From Spirochaetota bacterium (lineage in GTDB: Bacteria > Spirochaetota > Spirochaetia > Treponematales > UBA12059): a stretch of DNA of 64,000 nucleotides. A model generated the notes under the pieces. It made no database searches and had not been told where the DNA came from. It worked only from the letters and a program-made list of their open reading frames with translations. Of the stretch, positions 19,198 to 28,313 are shown one piece after another. Where the stretch lies: positions 15,191 through 79,190 of the forward strand of contig JAKQKE010000021.1 in assembly GCA_029560805.1 (NCBI GenBank), written 5' to 3'. Position numbers and translations under genes: made by a program. Position 1 is the stretch's first letter, and every line of letters begins with the position of its first letter.

Positions 19198-20549
19198 GGT
19201 TTACCGTACTCGTCGTAGACGACGAGAAGAACATACGCGAGGGTCTCGGCGAGTACCTGCGCCTGGACGGCTACGACGTCGAGCTTGCCGCCGACGGCAG
19301 GGAGGGCGTGGCGCTGGCGGACCGCGGCGGCGTCGACCTCGTCATCACCGACCTGCGCATGCCCGCCCTCTCCGGGGGCGAACTGCTGAGGCACGTCGTA
19401 TCGCGCTACCCCTCGGTCCCGGTCATCGTGTTGACCGGCCACGGCACCGTCGAGGACGCCGTCGACGCGATGCGCTCCGGCGCCTACGACTTCATCACGA
19501 AGCCGGTCAACCTCGATCACCTGTCGATCCTGGTCAAGCGAGCCCTTGAGCGGCGTGAGCTGTCCAGGCGGAACGAGGAGCTGCTCGAGGAGATAGAGAC
19601 GCAGCGGCGCACCTCGAGCATCATCGGCAGGAGCCCCGCGATCAGCCGCATCATGGAGCTGGTGCGCCGGGTGGCTCCTACCAAGGCGAGCGTGCTGATA
19701 ACCGGCGAGTCCGGCGTCGGCAAGGAGCTGGTCGCCGACGCGATCCACAACCTGTCGCCGCGAGCCGACGGGCCGTTCATCAAGGTGCACTGCGCGGCTC
19801 TCGCCGAGTCCCTGCTGGAGAGCGAGCTGTTCGGGCACGAGAAGGGTTCGTTCACCGGCGCCCAGGCCAGGAAGAAGGGCCGCTTCGAGCTCGCCAACGA
19901 AGGCACGCTCTTCCTCGATGAGATTGGCGAGATCAACCAGAACGTGCAGATCAAGATACTGCGGGTGCTGCAGGACAAGCGCTTCGAGCGCGTCGGCGGC
20001 GAGGAGACGATCGAGACCGACGTAAGGGTCGTCGCCGCGACGAACCGCGACCTGAAGGACGAGATCGCGGCCGGGAAGTTCCGTGAAGATCTATACTATA
20101 GGCTCAACGTCGTCAATATCCACGTACCGCCGCTCAGGGAGCGCAAGGACGATATTCCCCTCCTGGCTGGTGCCTTCCTCAGGGAATTCGCCGAGGACAA
20201 CGGCAAGGGAGTCGAGGGTTTCGACCCCAAGGCGCGGGCCGCCCTCTACGCCTATGCCTGGCCGGGCAACGTTCGCGAGCTGCGCAACTGCATCGAGAGC
20301 GCGGTCGTGATGGCCTCGGGCGGACTCGTCACGCTCGACGATCTGCCGCCCGGGGTGAGTACCAGCGCCTCCGATAGCGACATCCGCGTGCCGCCCGGCT
20401 CGAGCCTGGCCGACGCGGAGCGCATCCTGATACGGGAGACGCTCGCCGCCCAGGGCGGGAATAAGAGCCGCACGGCCGAGATCCTCGGGATAGGCAGGAA
20501 GACCCTGTACCAGAAGATCCAGGACTACGGCCTCGAGACGAGCGCCTAG
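19194..20549 (+). CDS. Sigma54-dependent response regulator / enhancer-binding protein (NtrC/Rrp2-like)
   Basis: REC domain, GESGVGKE Walker A, GSFTGA loop, LFLDEIGE, WPGNVREL, Fis-type HTH. Confidence 0.95.
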   Translation: MRFTVLVVDDEKNIREGLGEYLRLDGYDVELAADGREGVALADRGGVDLVITDLRMPALSGGELLRHVVSRYPSVPVIVLTGHGTVEDAVDAMRSGAYDFITKPVNLDHLSILVKRALERRELSRRNEELLEEIETQRRTSSIIGRSPAISRIMELVRRVAPTKASVLITGESGVGKELVADAIHNLSPRADGPFIKVHCAALAESLLESELFGHEKGSFTGAQARKKGRFELANEGTLFLDEIGEINQNVQIKILRVLQDKRFERVGGEETIETDVRVVAATNRDLKDEIAAGKFREDLYYRLNVVNIHVPPLRERKDDIPLLAGAFLREFAEDNGKGVEGFDPKARAALYAYAWPGNVRELRNCIESAVVMASGGLVTLDDLPPGVSTSASDSDIRVPPGSSLADAERILIRETLAAQGGNKSRTAEILGIGRKTLYQKIQDYGLETSA

Positions 20550-21181
20550 GAGACTTCCTCGCCCCGGGCCGGCGCGACGGCCGACTGGCTGGACTCCATG
20601 GCGAGCCTGTAGGCGATCGAGCGTCGGCGGGGATCCTCGTCGGTCCTGGCGACCTCGATGGCGGCAGAGAAGAGCGGGTCGCGCGTCGCCCTCGCCGCGT
20701 CGAGCATGGCGTCGCGTAAGCCCGGCCCCCCGCGCTGGTAGGCGTCGGCTACCTCGCCTGAGCCCTGGGCCAGCCCAAGCACGGCGGCGGCCCTGACGCA
20801 GGCGGCCGCCACCTCTTCGTCGCGGTCGTATAGCCCCTTGCGCAGGAAAACCCAGGCGCTGCGCTTTCCGGTCAGCCCGAGCCTCCTGGCCGCGGCCCGA
20901 CGTCGCGCGGGGTCGGGATGCGTGGACAGCTCGACGCCGAGGGCGAACAGGTCGGTTCGTCCGGGCTCCTCGAGTGGCCGCAACGTCGCCGGACGCTCGC
21001 GCTCCGCGACCCTGAGCGTCTGGTAGGCCTTGGCGACCATCGAGAAGCGTCGGGCCGTCGACGGATCGCCGGACGCGTCCGGGTGCAGCCGCAGGCTCAG
21101 GTTGCGATACGCCCGCTTGATCTCCTCCGACGGCGCCCCAGGCTCCAGGCCGAGCGCCAGGTACATCGCGCGCTCGCTCAT
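20546..21181 (-). CDS. J-domain co-chaperone with C-terminal HEAT-like repeats
   Basis: Y..LGL......EIKRAYR.L...HPD J-domain; Ala/Arg-rich HEAT-like helices. Confidence 0.82.
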   Translation of the reverse strand: MSERAMYLALGLEPGAPSEEIKRAYRNLSLRLHPDASGDPSTARRFSMVAKAYQTLRVAERERPATLRPLEEPGRTDLFALGVELSTHPDPARRRAAARRLGLTGKRSAWVFLRKGLYDRDEEVAAACVRAAAVLGLAQGSGEVADAYQRGGPGLRDAMLDAARATRDPLFSAAIEVARTDEDPRRRSIAYRLAMESSQSAVAPARGEEVS

Positions 21182-22893
21182 GCGCCACCCGCGGCCGCGC
21201 GGCCCCGGAACGGTAGCTCCGACGGTCGCCGAGCGTCGGCTTCAGAACGCCCCGTCCTAGCGGACAGCTCGGATAGGAGCCCCTCGAGCAGGGTCGCGAC
21301 CATGGCGGCCTTCTCATCGTCATCGCCGCATGACTCGGCCATCGCCAGCACGTCCCCGATCTCGGCGCCCAGGGCCGCGTCGACGATGGCCTCCGCCGAT
21401 TCCCGCCTGACTATCTGCGCCAGGGCGAGCACCCTGTCGCGCGGCGAGCGCGAGTCACGCTCCCCGTCGAACACCGCGATGGACTGCTCCGCGCCCGTAT
21501 CCAGGTCGCGGGCCCTGACTATCATCATGTCGCCCTCGTCTATGGCGAATTCGACGGCGATGCGGGGCTCGCCCCTGGTCGCCTTGCGGATGCCCGGCAA
21601 GAGGAAACGCCCTACCGAGGCGTTATCCGAGGCCCGTTCCGACTCGCCCTGGAGCACGTGCAGCTCGACCGAGCGCTGGTAGTCCTCGACCGTGGTAAAG
21701 ACGCGGCGGCCGACGGCGGGCAGCGGCTCGTCCTTCACGATCAGCGGGACGAAGGATCCGCCGTCTATCTCGAGGCCGAAGGTGCGCGAGCAGACGTCGG
21801 TGAAGGACAGTCCCTTGAGCCGGCCCTCTATCCTAGCGGCCTCGACGGCCGCCCCGAGCGCGACTATCTCCTCGGGGTTGATCCTGGGGTCGGCGTCGCG
21901 CCCCAGGAGCTCGGCGAGACGGCGCTTGGCCAGGGGGATGCGGCTCGAGCCGCCGGATAGTACGAGCGCGTCGACGTCGCGGACTCCCGCCTTGGCGGTG
22001 CGGAGCACCCGCTCGACGAGGGCCAGACTACGATCTATGAACGGCGAGGCTATCGCCTCGAAGGCGGCTCGCTCCAGTCGGACGCTCGGGTGGACGACGC
22101 CGCCGGCGCCGCGCAGGAAGGGCACGGCTATCGTCGCCTCGTCGCGGCTCGACAGCTCGATCTTGGCCCGTTCGCACAGGTCGACGAGGGTCCTGGCCAG
22201 GTAGGGATCGGCCGACGGATCGATGCCGAACTCGAGCCTGAAGCGCTCGGCCACCGTCTCGTAGATCGCCGCGTCGATATCCATGCCGCCGAGCGCGTCG
22301 TCGCCCTCGCTCGACAGGACCGAGCACGAGCCGCCCCTGGCCCGCAGCGCGGTGGCGTCGAAGGTGCCGCCGCCGAAGTCGTACACCAGGACGAGCCGCT
22401 CCGATTCGTCGCGGGCCGACAGCCAGGCCTTGGCCAGGGCGGCGGCGCTCGGCTCGTTCATCACGCGGGCGGCCTTGAGGCCGGCCATCGCGGCGGCGTC
22501 GCGGACGGCCCTGCGCTGGCGGTCGCCGTACCTGGCCGGCACCGTTATCACGGCTCGGTCCGCCTCGAAGCCTAGATACGACTCGGCGTCGCGCTTGACC
22601 TTACCGATGATGGCCGCTGCGGCTTCCTCCGGCGCACGCTCCCTCCCGCCGAACACGAGCGCCTGGGACTTTCCGAGCAGACGCTTGACGCCGAACAGGG
22701 CCGAGGCGGGATCGGCCAGGGCCTGGTTACGGGCGGACGAGCCGACGAGCGCTTCTCCGGATCCCGACACGGCGACGACGGACGGCGTCGCCCGTTCTCC
22801 CCGGTCGTTCGGTACGATGATGGGCGTATCGCCGTCCATCCAGGCGCAGAGGGTATTGGTGGTTCCGAAATCCAGGCCTATCACGCCGCGCAC
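21178..22893 (-). CDS. Divergent Hsp70-family protein (DnaK paralogue, short lid)
   Basis: GLDFGTTN, TPSVV, AVITVPA, NEPSAAA, YDFGGGTFD, LSGGSSRIP, TTVEDYQ..V..HVLQGE. Confidence 0.9.
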   Translation of the reverse strand: MRGVIGLDFGTTNTLCAWMDGDTPIIVPNDRGERATPSVVAVSGSGEALVGSSARNQALADPASALFGVKRLLGKSQALVFGGRERAPEEAAAAIIGKVKRDAESYLGFEADRAVITVPARYGDRQRRAVRDAAAMAGLKAARVMNEPSAAALAKAWLSARDESERLVLVYDFGGGTFDATALRARGGSCSVLSSEGDDALGGMDIDAAIYETVAERFRLEFGIDPSADPYLARTLVDLCERAKIELSSRDEATIAVPFLRGAGGVVHPSVRLERAAFEAIASPFIDRSLALVERVLRTAKAGVRDVDALVLSGGSSRIPLAKRRLAELLGRDADPRINPEEIVALGAAVEAARIEGRLKGLSFTDVCSRTFGLEIDGGSFVPLIVKDEPLPAVGRRVFTTVEDYQRSVELHVLQGESERASDNASVGRFLLPGIRKATRGEPRIAVEFAIDEGDMMIVRARDLDTGAEQSIAVFDGERDSRSPRDRVLALAQIVRRESAEAIVDAALGAEIGDVLAMAESCGDDDEKAAMVATLLEGLLSELSARTGRSEADARRPSELPFRGRAAAGGA

Positions 22894-22897
22894 GCCG

Positions 22898-23557
22898 CTA
22901 TTCCTTCGTTCGAGCCTCTCGCTCCCGTTCGATCGCGAGCGCCAGGTCCACCTCGGCGATGGTCGCGCCGAGCCTGGCCGCGATGATATCGCTCGAGAAG
23001 CCCCTCCGGGCGAGCGATACTACCTTATCGGCGAACGGCTCGTCGGTCGCGAGGGGCTTATCGGAGAACCGGATGAAGGGAACCGAGGGGGCGCCCGATA
23101 TCGGCGACGGAGCCGCCTGCCCGACCGACAGCGGCCCTGTCTCCTTCTCGGACGATCGAAGGACCTGTGGCTCATCGGCGTCGAGGACCTGACGGGGCTG
23201 CGCCGACTCAGACGCGGCCTGCGGCGCCTGAACCGGCCGACGCGGCTCTCCGGCACGACCGAGCCTATCGTAGACGACCGCCTCGGCCTGCCGCCTGGAC
23301 CGTTCCTGGCCGAGGAGGGCGATACGTTTGTCGGCCTCGGCGAGCGAATCCTTGAGGGCCCGGAGCCGGTCCTCGAGCACCGTGACGTTCCGGTCGGCGG
23401 TCGCGTCAAGCTCGACGATCAGGGAACCGATCTCGCGCCGTATGCGCTCCAGCTCCTCGTCTGCGCCGAGGAAACGGCGGACCTTGACCCTGGTCCACGC
23501 GATGAGGGCGACGGAGACGACAGCCTGGACCGCCAGGGCTATGATCAGGGGCGTCAT
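22898..23557 (-). CDS. Membrane-anchored coiled-coil protein with C-terminal HTH-like motif (SwrB/DUF6115-like)
   Basis: N-terminal TM, coiled coil, low-complexity linker, KVVSLARRGFSSDIIAARLG...EVDL. Confidence 0.65.
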   Translation of the reverse strand: MTPLIIALAVQAVVSVALIAWTRVKVRRFLGADEELERIRREIGSLIVELDATADRNVTVLEDRLRALKDSLAEADKRIALLGQERSRRQAEAVVYDRLGRAGEPRRPVQAPQAASESAQPRQVLDADEPQVLRSSEKETGPLSVGQAAPSPISGAPSVPFIRFSDKPLATDEPFADKVVSLARRGFSSDIIAARLGATIAEVDLALAIEREREARTKE

Positions 23558-23560
23558 CGA

Positions 23561-23884
23561 TTATCCCGATATGTCGACGTGGCCGCCGAGAGATGGGTCG
23601 CTGATCGTCTCGGCCTCGTCGTCCCCGGCCGGCGTCTCCTCGCGGCGTCGCTCGCCGCCCTGGCTGCCGACGCCCGAACCTCCGTCGCCATTGACCGACT
23701 TGGCGGCGGCCTGGTCGTCCTTTGGCCGTTGTACGGCCTTGGCGGCCTCGTCCTCGAGCCGCTTCACCACGGTGCCGTGAAGGTTGGCGTGGAGCAGTGC
23801 CCCGTCCTTGGCCGCCGCCTGCTCCTTGCCGACCTGGGACAACTGCAAGAACAGGGTCTGCAGGTCAATCGGCTTTATGGGCAT
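23561..23884 (-). CDS. Hypothetical protein of the type seen downstream of fapA
   Basis: MPIKPIDLQ start and G..VDI end; in operon. Confidence 0.7.
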   Translation of the reverse strand: MPIKPIDLQTLFLQLSQVGKEQAAAKDGALLHANLHGTVVKRLEDEAAKAVQRPKDDQAAAKSVNGDGGSGVGSQGGERRREETPAGDDEAETISDPSLGGHVDISG

Positions 23885-25853
23885 CCGGCGGTCCTTTCCG
23901 GAGGATCTCGTCGTCGAACTCCTCGTAGCGCGTGGTCTTGATCATCATGTTCTCGAGATAGAAGGTCAGGCCCTTGTACTCGTTCTTGATCTTCTCGCGG
24001 ATGTCGCGGATCACGATCTCCGAGCCGGGGTAGATCCTGCCCGAGACGCTGACCTTGCCGCGAACCTTCAGGTTGTTCAGGTAGGCCTGCAGGGCGTCGT
24101 ACTCGTCCTTGAGCGACGAGGACTCCTGCTTGAGCTCGTCACGGCGGTGGGTCAGCTCGTCCAGGACAGCCTGCTTATCGTCCGAAAGCGTCTTGCGCTG
24201 GCGTTTGGTCTCGTTCAGGGTATAGATGTTCTTGTCCAGCTCGTCGATCTGGCGCTGGAGCAGCTTCATCTTGCCGTCAAGCTCGTCCATCTTGAGCTTG
24301 CTCTTCGGGTCGCTGCCGACCTCGAGTATCGTCTCGGCACCGCCCGACGGCGAGCCGATCGACTTGGCGTTGATTTCCTCGCAGGCGCGGTAGCGGCCTC
24401 CGATGATGGCGGCGTGCTTCTGGCCGGAGCACAGGATGCGCTTCTCGGCGGTGATCTCCGAGTTGATGATGCTGGTCTGGACGATGACGTTCTCGCCGGC
24501 GTAGAGCTGCGCGTTCTCGATGAACTTGGCCCAGACGTTCTTGCCGGCCGTGATCACGCCCGCGCCCTTCCCGGTGATGCCCTGGTGGACGATGACGTCG
24601 CCCTCGGCGCTGATCTCGGCCTTGCCGACGTTGCCGCGCACTTCGATATTGCCGGTGGCCTTGACGGAGAAGCCGTCCTCGACGTTGCCGACGACGACTA
24701 TGGTGCCGAGGAAGAACTGGTTTCCGGTCTTGAGGTCGACGTCCCCGTTGATGGTATAGACGGTCTCGACGTTGATCTTGCTGTTGATGTAGGTGGCCTC
24801 GCCGTTGACATCCGCTATGACGGTGAGGCCGTCGTCGCTCTCGTGGACGTTCTTGCCGAGCGGAAGCGGCAGGTCCTTGCCGTTTTTGGCCGGTAAGAGC
24901 TTGCCGGTCACGGTACGGCCCGGCACGCCCTGCTTGGCCTGGACCTTCTTGGCCAGGGCCTGCCCCTCGACCACGTTCTGGACGAGGTGCAACTCCTTGT
25001 AGTCCACCTTGCCGTTCTTCTCCTCGAGGTTCAGCTTGGTGCGGTCGGTCTCGAACAGGAATTGGATGCGGGCATCGTCGCCGTTGACGGCGCGCTGTCC
25101 CTGGGCAACGAGGACAGGCTCCTTGTAGCGAGGAGCATCCTCGAGGCCCTGGAGCGCCTCCTCGATCACGCCGAAGACGACCTTGTTGTTGCGCAGGTAG
25201 GCGAGTATAACGTCCTTGGACAGGTCGCATCCGCCGGGCTGCGGCGGCGTGATTATGACGCGGGCCTCCATCTCCTGGGAGCCGATGTCGACGGTCAGGA
25301 GCGCGTCGGCGGCGGGATTGGCGATGAAGTCGCCGACGACCACCCATTCCCCGGCCGCCCGCTTGACCGTCTCGCGCACGAGCGCCTCGTCGAAGTCGTG
25401 GATCGCGCGCGCGTGGAGCTTCTCGACGGCTTGCTTGTCGGTGGCGCGGCGGCCCCTGCCCTGGGGCTCGGCTACCTTGAGCAGGGCGCCTTCGGTGGCG
25501 AGCCGCACGTAGACCTGGCCGTCGACGTCCTGCTGGATGGGCTTGAGCTCGATCGGCAGGTCGAGGCCGCCGTCGAAGGACTCGATCGACGACTCCTCGA
25601 CCTTCTGCTTGACCGCGGCCTCGTAGACGCTCAGCTTCCATTTCTTTCGGCCCAGGCCGACGAAGCCCTGCGCCCCACGCTCGAGAATGTCGTACTCGAG
25701 CCTGGCCACCGGGCAGTCGAGCTGGACGGAAGCGCTCCGGAGCGCTTCCTCGAGCGTGGCGCCCTCGGCTACTATCGCGCGCTTGTCGCCGTCCTCGTCC
25801 AGGTAACGGCGCATCAGCTCGCGGACCGCGTCGAAGCCTATGCGCGCCTCCAT
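23865..25853 (-). CDS. fapA: Flagellar assembly protein A (DUF342) with N-terminal Jag_N-like domain
   Basis: EGATLEEAL....L......YDILERG..GFVGLG Jag_N-like start; GDVDLKTGN, G.VEDGF.V.A beta-helix repeats; C-terminal coiled coil. Confidence 0.82.
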   Translation of the reverse strand: MEARIGFDAVRELMRRYLDEDGDKRAIVAEGATLEEALRSASVQLDCPVARLEYDILERGAQGFVGLGRKKWKLSVYEAAVKQKVEESSIESFDGGLDLPIELKPIQQDVDGQVYVRLATEGALLKVAEPQGRGRRATDKQAVEKLHARAIHDFDEALVRETVKRAAGEWVVVGDFIANPAADALLTVDIGSQEMEARVIITPPQPGGCDLSKDVILAYLRNNKVVFGVIEEALQGLEDAPRYKEPVLVAQGQRAVNGDDARIQFLFETDRTKLNLEEKNGKVDYKELHLVQNVVEGQALAKKVQAKQGVPGRTVTGKLLPAKNGKDLPLPLGKNVHESDDGLTVIADVNGEATYINSKINVETVYTINGDVDLKTGNQFFLGTIVVVGNVEDGFSVKATGNIEVRGNVGKAEISAEGDVIVHQGITGKGAGVITAGKNVWAKFIENAQLYAGENVIVQTSIINSEITAEKRILCSGQKHAAIIGGRYRACEEINAKSIGSPSGGAETILEVGSDPKSKLKMDELDGKMKLLQRQIDELDKNIYTLNETKRQRKTLSDDKQAVLDELTHRRDELKQESSSLKDEYDALQAYLNNLKVRGKVSVSGRIYPGSEIVIRDIREKIKNEYKGLTFYLENMMIKTTRYEEFDDEILRKGPPDAHKAD

Positions 25854-25854
25854 A

Positions 25855-26643
25855 CTAAACGATGCCCTTCCGGTAGTGCGTCAGTCGCGCGCGTAGGCGC
25901 AGGATGGCCTTCGTATGGAGTTGGCTGATCCTCGATTCGGTTACCTCGAGCACCTTACCGATCTCCTTGAGCGTCAACTCCTCGTAATAGTAGAGAACGA
26001 GGACCTTCTTCTCCTTATCCGGTAGCTCCTGGATGGCCTCGACGATCACGCGTCGTATCTCCTCGCGCTCGGTGATCGAGTCGGGGCTCATGCTGCCGGG
26101 GCTCTCGACGCTGTCGCCTATCGTCATGTGCTCGGACTCGTCCGCGGTATACCAGACGTCATTGAGCGACAGGATCGAGGTGCTCGATATCTTGAGCATC
26201 GTCTTGGAGAATTCATCGTCGGACAGGCCGAGCGACTCGGCGATCTCCTGATCCGTAGCGGGGCGGCCGAGCTTGGCCTCGGTCTGTACGATGGCTTCTT
26301 CGATCTCCCTGGTCTTCTGACGCACCGAGCGTGGGACCCAATCGATACTGCGCAGCTCGTCGTAGATGGCGCCCCTGATACGGGTGACGGCGTAGGTCTT
26401 GAATTTAACGTTCTTATCGGGGTCGTACTTGTCTATGGCGTCGATAAGGCCGAACACGCCGAACCCGACCAGATCGTCGAACTCGACCGATGACGGCATG
26501 TTCGCGACGACCTTGCCCGCCACATACTTGACCAGCGGCGCGTACTGCTTGATGAAGGCTTCGCGGATAAGGGGATCCTTGCGCTGCCGGTAGGCGGCCC
26601 AGAGCTCCTCTTCGCTGTGATGCTCCAGCAGGGAATGATTCAT
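25855..26643 (-). CDS. fliA: RNA polymerase sigma28 (FliA/WhiG/SigD)
   Basis: DDLVGFGVFGLIDAIDKYD, TYAVTRIRGAIYDELRSIDWVPRS, LKEIGKVLEVTESRISQLH. Confidence 0.96.
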   Translation of the reverse strand: MNHSLLEHHSEEELWAAYRQRKDPLIREAFIKQYAPLVKYVAGKVVANMPSSVEFDDLVGFGVFGLIDAIDKYDPDKNVKFKTYAVTRIRGAIYDELRSIDWVPRSVRQKTREIEEAIVQTEAKLGRPATDQEIAESLGLSDDEFSKTMLKISSTSILSLNDVWYTADESEHMTIGDSVESPGSMSPDSITEREEIRRVIVEAIQELPDKEKKVLVLYYYEELTLKEIGKVLEVTESRISQLHTKAILRLRARLTHYRKGIV

Positions 26644-27336
26644 TTATAATTGCCCTTTCTGGTCTCTGCGCAGTAATGTCTGTACGGCCTTGGCGAGTAC
26701 CGCCGGATCCCTTCCGGCGTCCGGCGCCCCGGCGCTAGGCATGCTGTCCGACGGCCCCGCCAGGTACGAGGCGTCGGGAGCCGGCGCCTCTCCTTCGCCG
26801 GCCAGGGTCGTCGTGAAGGCGTCGCTAAACCCGTCCAAGTCGGGCAACGTGTCCAGTTCGTCGAGAGAGACCGACGGCCGCGGCGCCCCATTCGGCGAGG
26901 GCGCCTCGCCGGGGTCGCTCGAGACGAAGCTATCGCTCCGCAGATCGGCTACCTCCCGCTCTAGTTCCCCGGCGGCGACAGCCGTGGCGGCGGGCTCTCT
27001 CCGAGGCTCGGCGGCCACGGCCGGGGCCGATTCGCCCGCCTCGGCGGCCTGTACATCGCGTTCGGCCTCCCCGCCGGGCAGGACGATGTCGACGATGGAG
27101 CCGACAGACTCGTCTTGCCCCGTGTAGGCCGTCGCCGCGACGTCTCCGAACAGCTCGGGGAGGAATCGTCTCAGTACCATGATGGCGCCGTAGCATAGCC
27201 CCGCGAAGGCTAGGCCCGACAGCAGGGCGCGGAGGACCAACGCGCCGAAAGGGACGCGCGAGAAAGCGGCGACGATGATCGATAACGCGAACGCGCCAAG
27301 CCCCGCGAAGGCGGACGCGCGAAGACTCGAGTCCAC
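26644..27336 (-). CDS. Hypothetical protein: two TM helices, acidic disordered linker, C-terminal amphipathic helix
   Basis: ORF 230 aa with GTG start and GGGAGG RBS; abuts the fliA start (TAAATG). Confidence 0.75.
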   Translation of the reverse strand: MDSSLRASAFAGLGAFALSIIVAAFSRVPFGALVLRALLSGLAFAGLCYGAIMVLRRFLPELFGDVAATAYTGQDESVGSIVDIVLPGGEAERDVQAAEAGESAPAVAAEPRREPAATAVAAGELEREVADLRSDSFVSSDPGEAPSPNGAPRPSVSLDELDTLPDLDGFSDAFTTTLAGEGEAPAPDASYLAGPSDSMPSAGAPDAGRDPAVLAKAVQTLLRRDQKGQL

Positions 27337-27363
27337 CGTTTCAGTACCCTCCCATAGCCGACA

Positions 27364-27393
27364 ACATTAAGGCATAATACCTTGTCTCGTCAA
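27364..27393 (-). promoter_or_regulatory. Internal sigma70 promoter upstream of hyp-fliA-fapA-hsp70 sub-operon
   Basis: TTGACG, 18 nt, TAATGT in an AT-rich 85 bp gap. Confidence 0.55.
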
Positions 27394-27421
27394 GCTTTGG
27401 CTCTCGGTACGCTCCGCGGCG

Positions 27422-28288
27422 CTATTCTTTCGAGAACAGCTTCTTGATGAGGCGGCTAATGCCGCGGTCGTCGACGAATTCGGTCTTCTCGATACGGTTC
27501 ACCAGGTGCTGCACCGAGATTGCGGCCTTGGACTTGGGATCCTGGACGATGAAGGGCCGCTGCCTGAGCACCGACTGCTGGACGATGGGGTCTTCATAGA
27601 TGCAGCCGAGGTATTCGACCTTCAGGTTGAGGAACTGCCCCGAGATGTTGATGATACGTTCGGCCACCTTGCGGCCTTCGGTCACGGTCTTCACGCGGTT
27701 GACGACCAGCTTGAGGCCTATGTTCAGGTTCTCGACCTCGGTGGCTATGATCTTGATGATGCCGTAGGCGTCGGTAATGGCGGTCGGCTCCGGGGTGGTG
27801 ATAATGATAGCGTCGTCGGCCGCGGCGACGAAGGACAGCACGTTGTTCGAGACGCCGGCGCTCGTATCGATGATGATGATGTCGACATTGGTCAGAGCGT
27901 ACAGCTCGGATATAAAATTCTGCCGTTCTTCCTCGTTCAGGTTGGCGATCTTGGAGAAGCCCGACGCCCCAGCCAGGATCTGGATCCCGTACTCCGTATC
28001 CAGGATGATGTCGCGCATAGATTTCTGCTTACGTATCACATGGTACAGGTTGTACTTGGGAATCATGTTGAGCATGATGTTGACGTTGGCCAGGCCGAGG
28101 TCCGCGTCCATTACCATCACGCGCTTGCCGGTCCGGGCGTAGGCTATGGCTAGGTTGACGGACAGGTTCGTCTTACCGACGCCGCCCTTGCCGCTGGCGA
28201 CGGTGATGACGCGGGTCTTCTTGGCCGCCTGCTGGGGCTGCGGCTTAGCGCTCATCAGCTCCCGCAGCTTCTGCGCCTGGTCTTCCAT
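27422..28288 (-). CDS. flhG: MinD/ParA-family flagellar number regulator
   Basis: SGKGGVGKTNLSVNLA, DADLGLANV, IIDTSAG, TPEPTAITDAY. Confidence 0.93.
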   Translation of the reverse strand: MEDQAQKLRELMSAKPQPQQAAKKTRVITVASGKGGVGKTNLSVNLAIAYARTGKRVMVMDADLGLANVNIMLNMIPKYNLYHVIRKQKSMRDIILDTEYGIQILAGASGFSKIANLNEEERQNFISELYALTNVDIIIIDTSAGVSNNVLSFVAAADDAIIITTPEPTAITDAYGIIKIIATEVENLNIGLKLVVNRVKTVTEGRKVAERIINISGQFLNLKVEYLGCIYEDPIVQQSVLRQRPFIVQDPKSKAAISVQHLVNRIEKTEFVDDRGISRLIKKLFSKE

Positions 28289-28313
28289 ACGAGCACTCCA
28301 TCGATACGGCGGG

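Noticed and set aside
21178-22893. Calling the Hsp70 the canonical dnaK
   Set aside because: Short lid, altered linker and Thr199 position, no grpE/hrcA/dnaJ context.
27355-27395. AT-rich patch as a possible dif site
   Set aside because: Does not match the XerC/XerD arm consensus; better explained as a sigma70 promoter.
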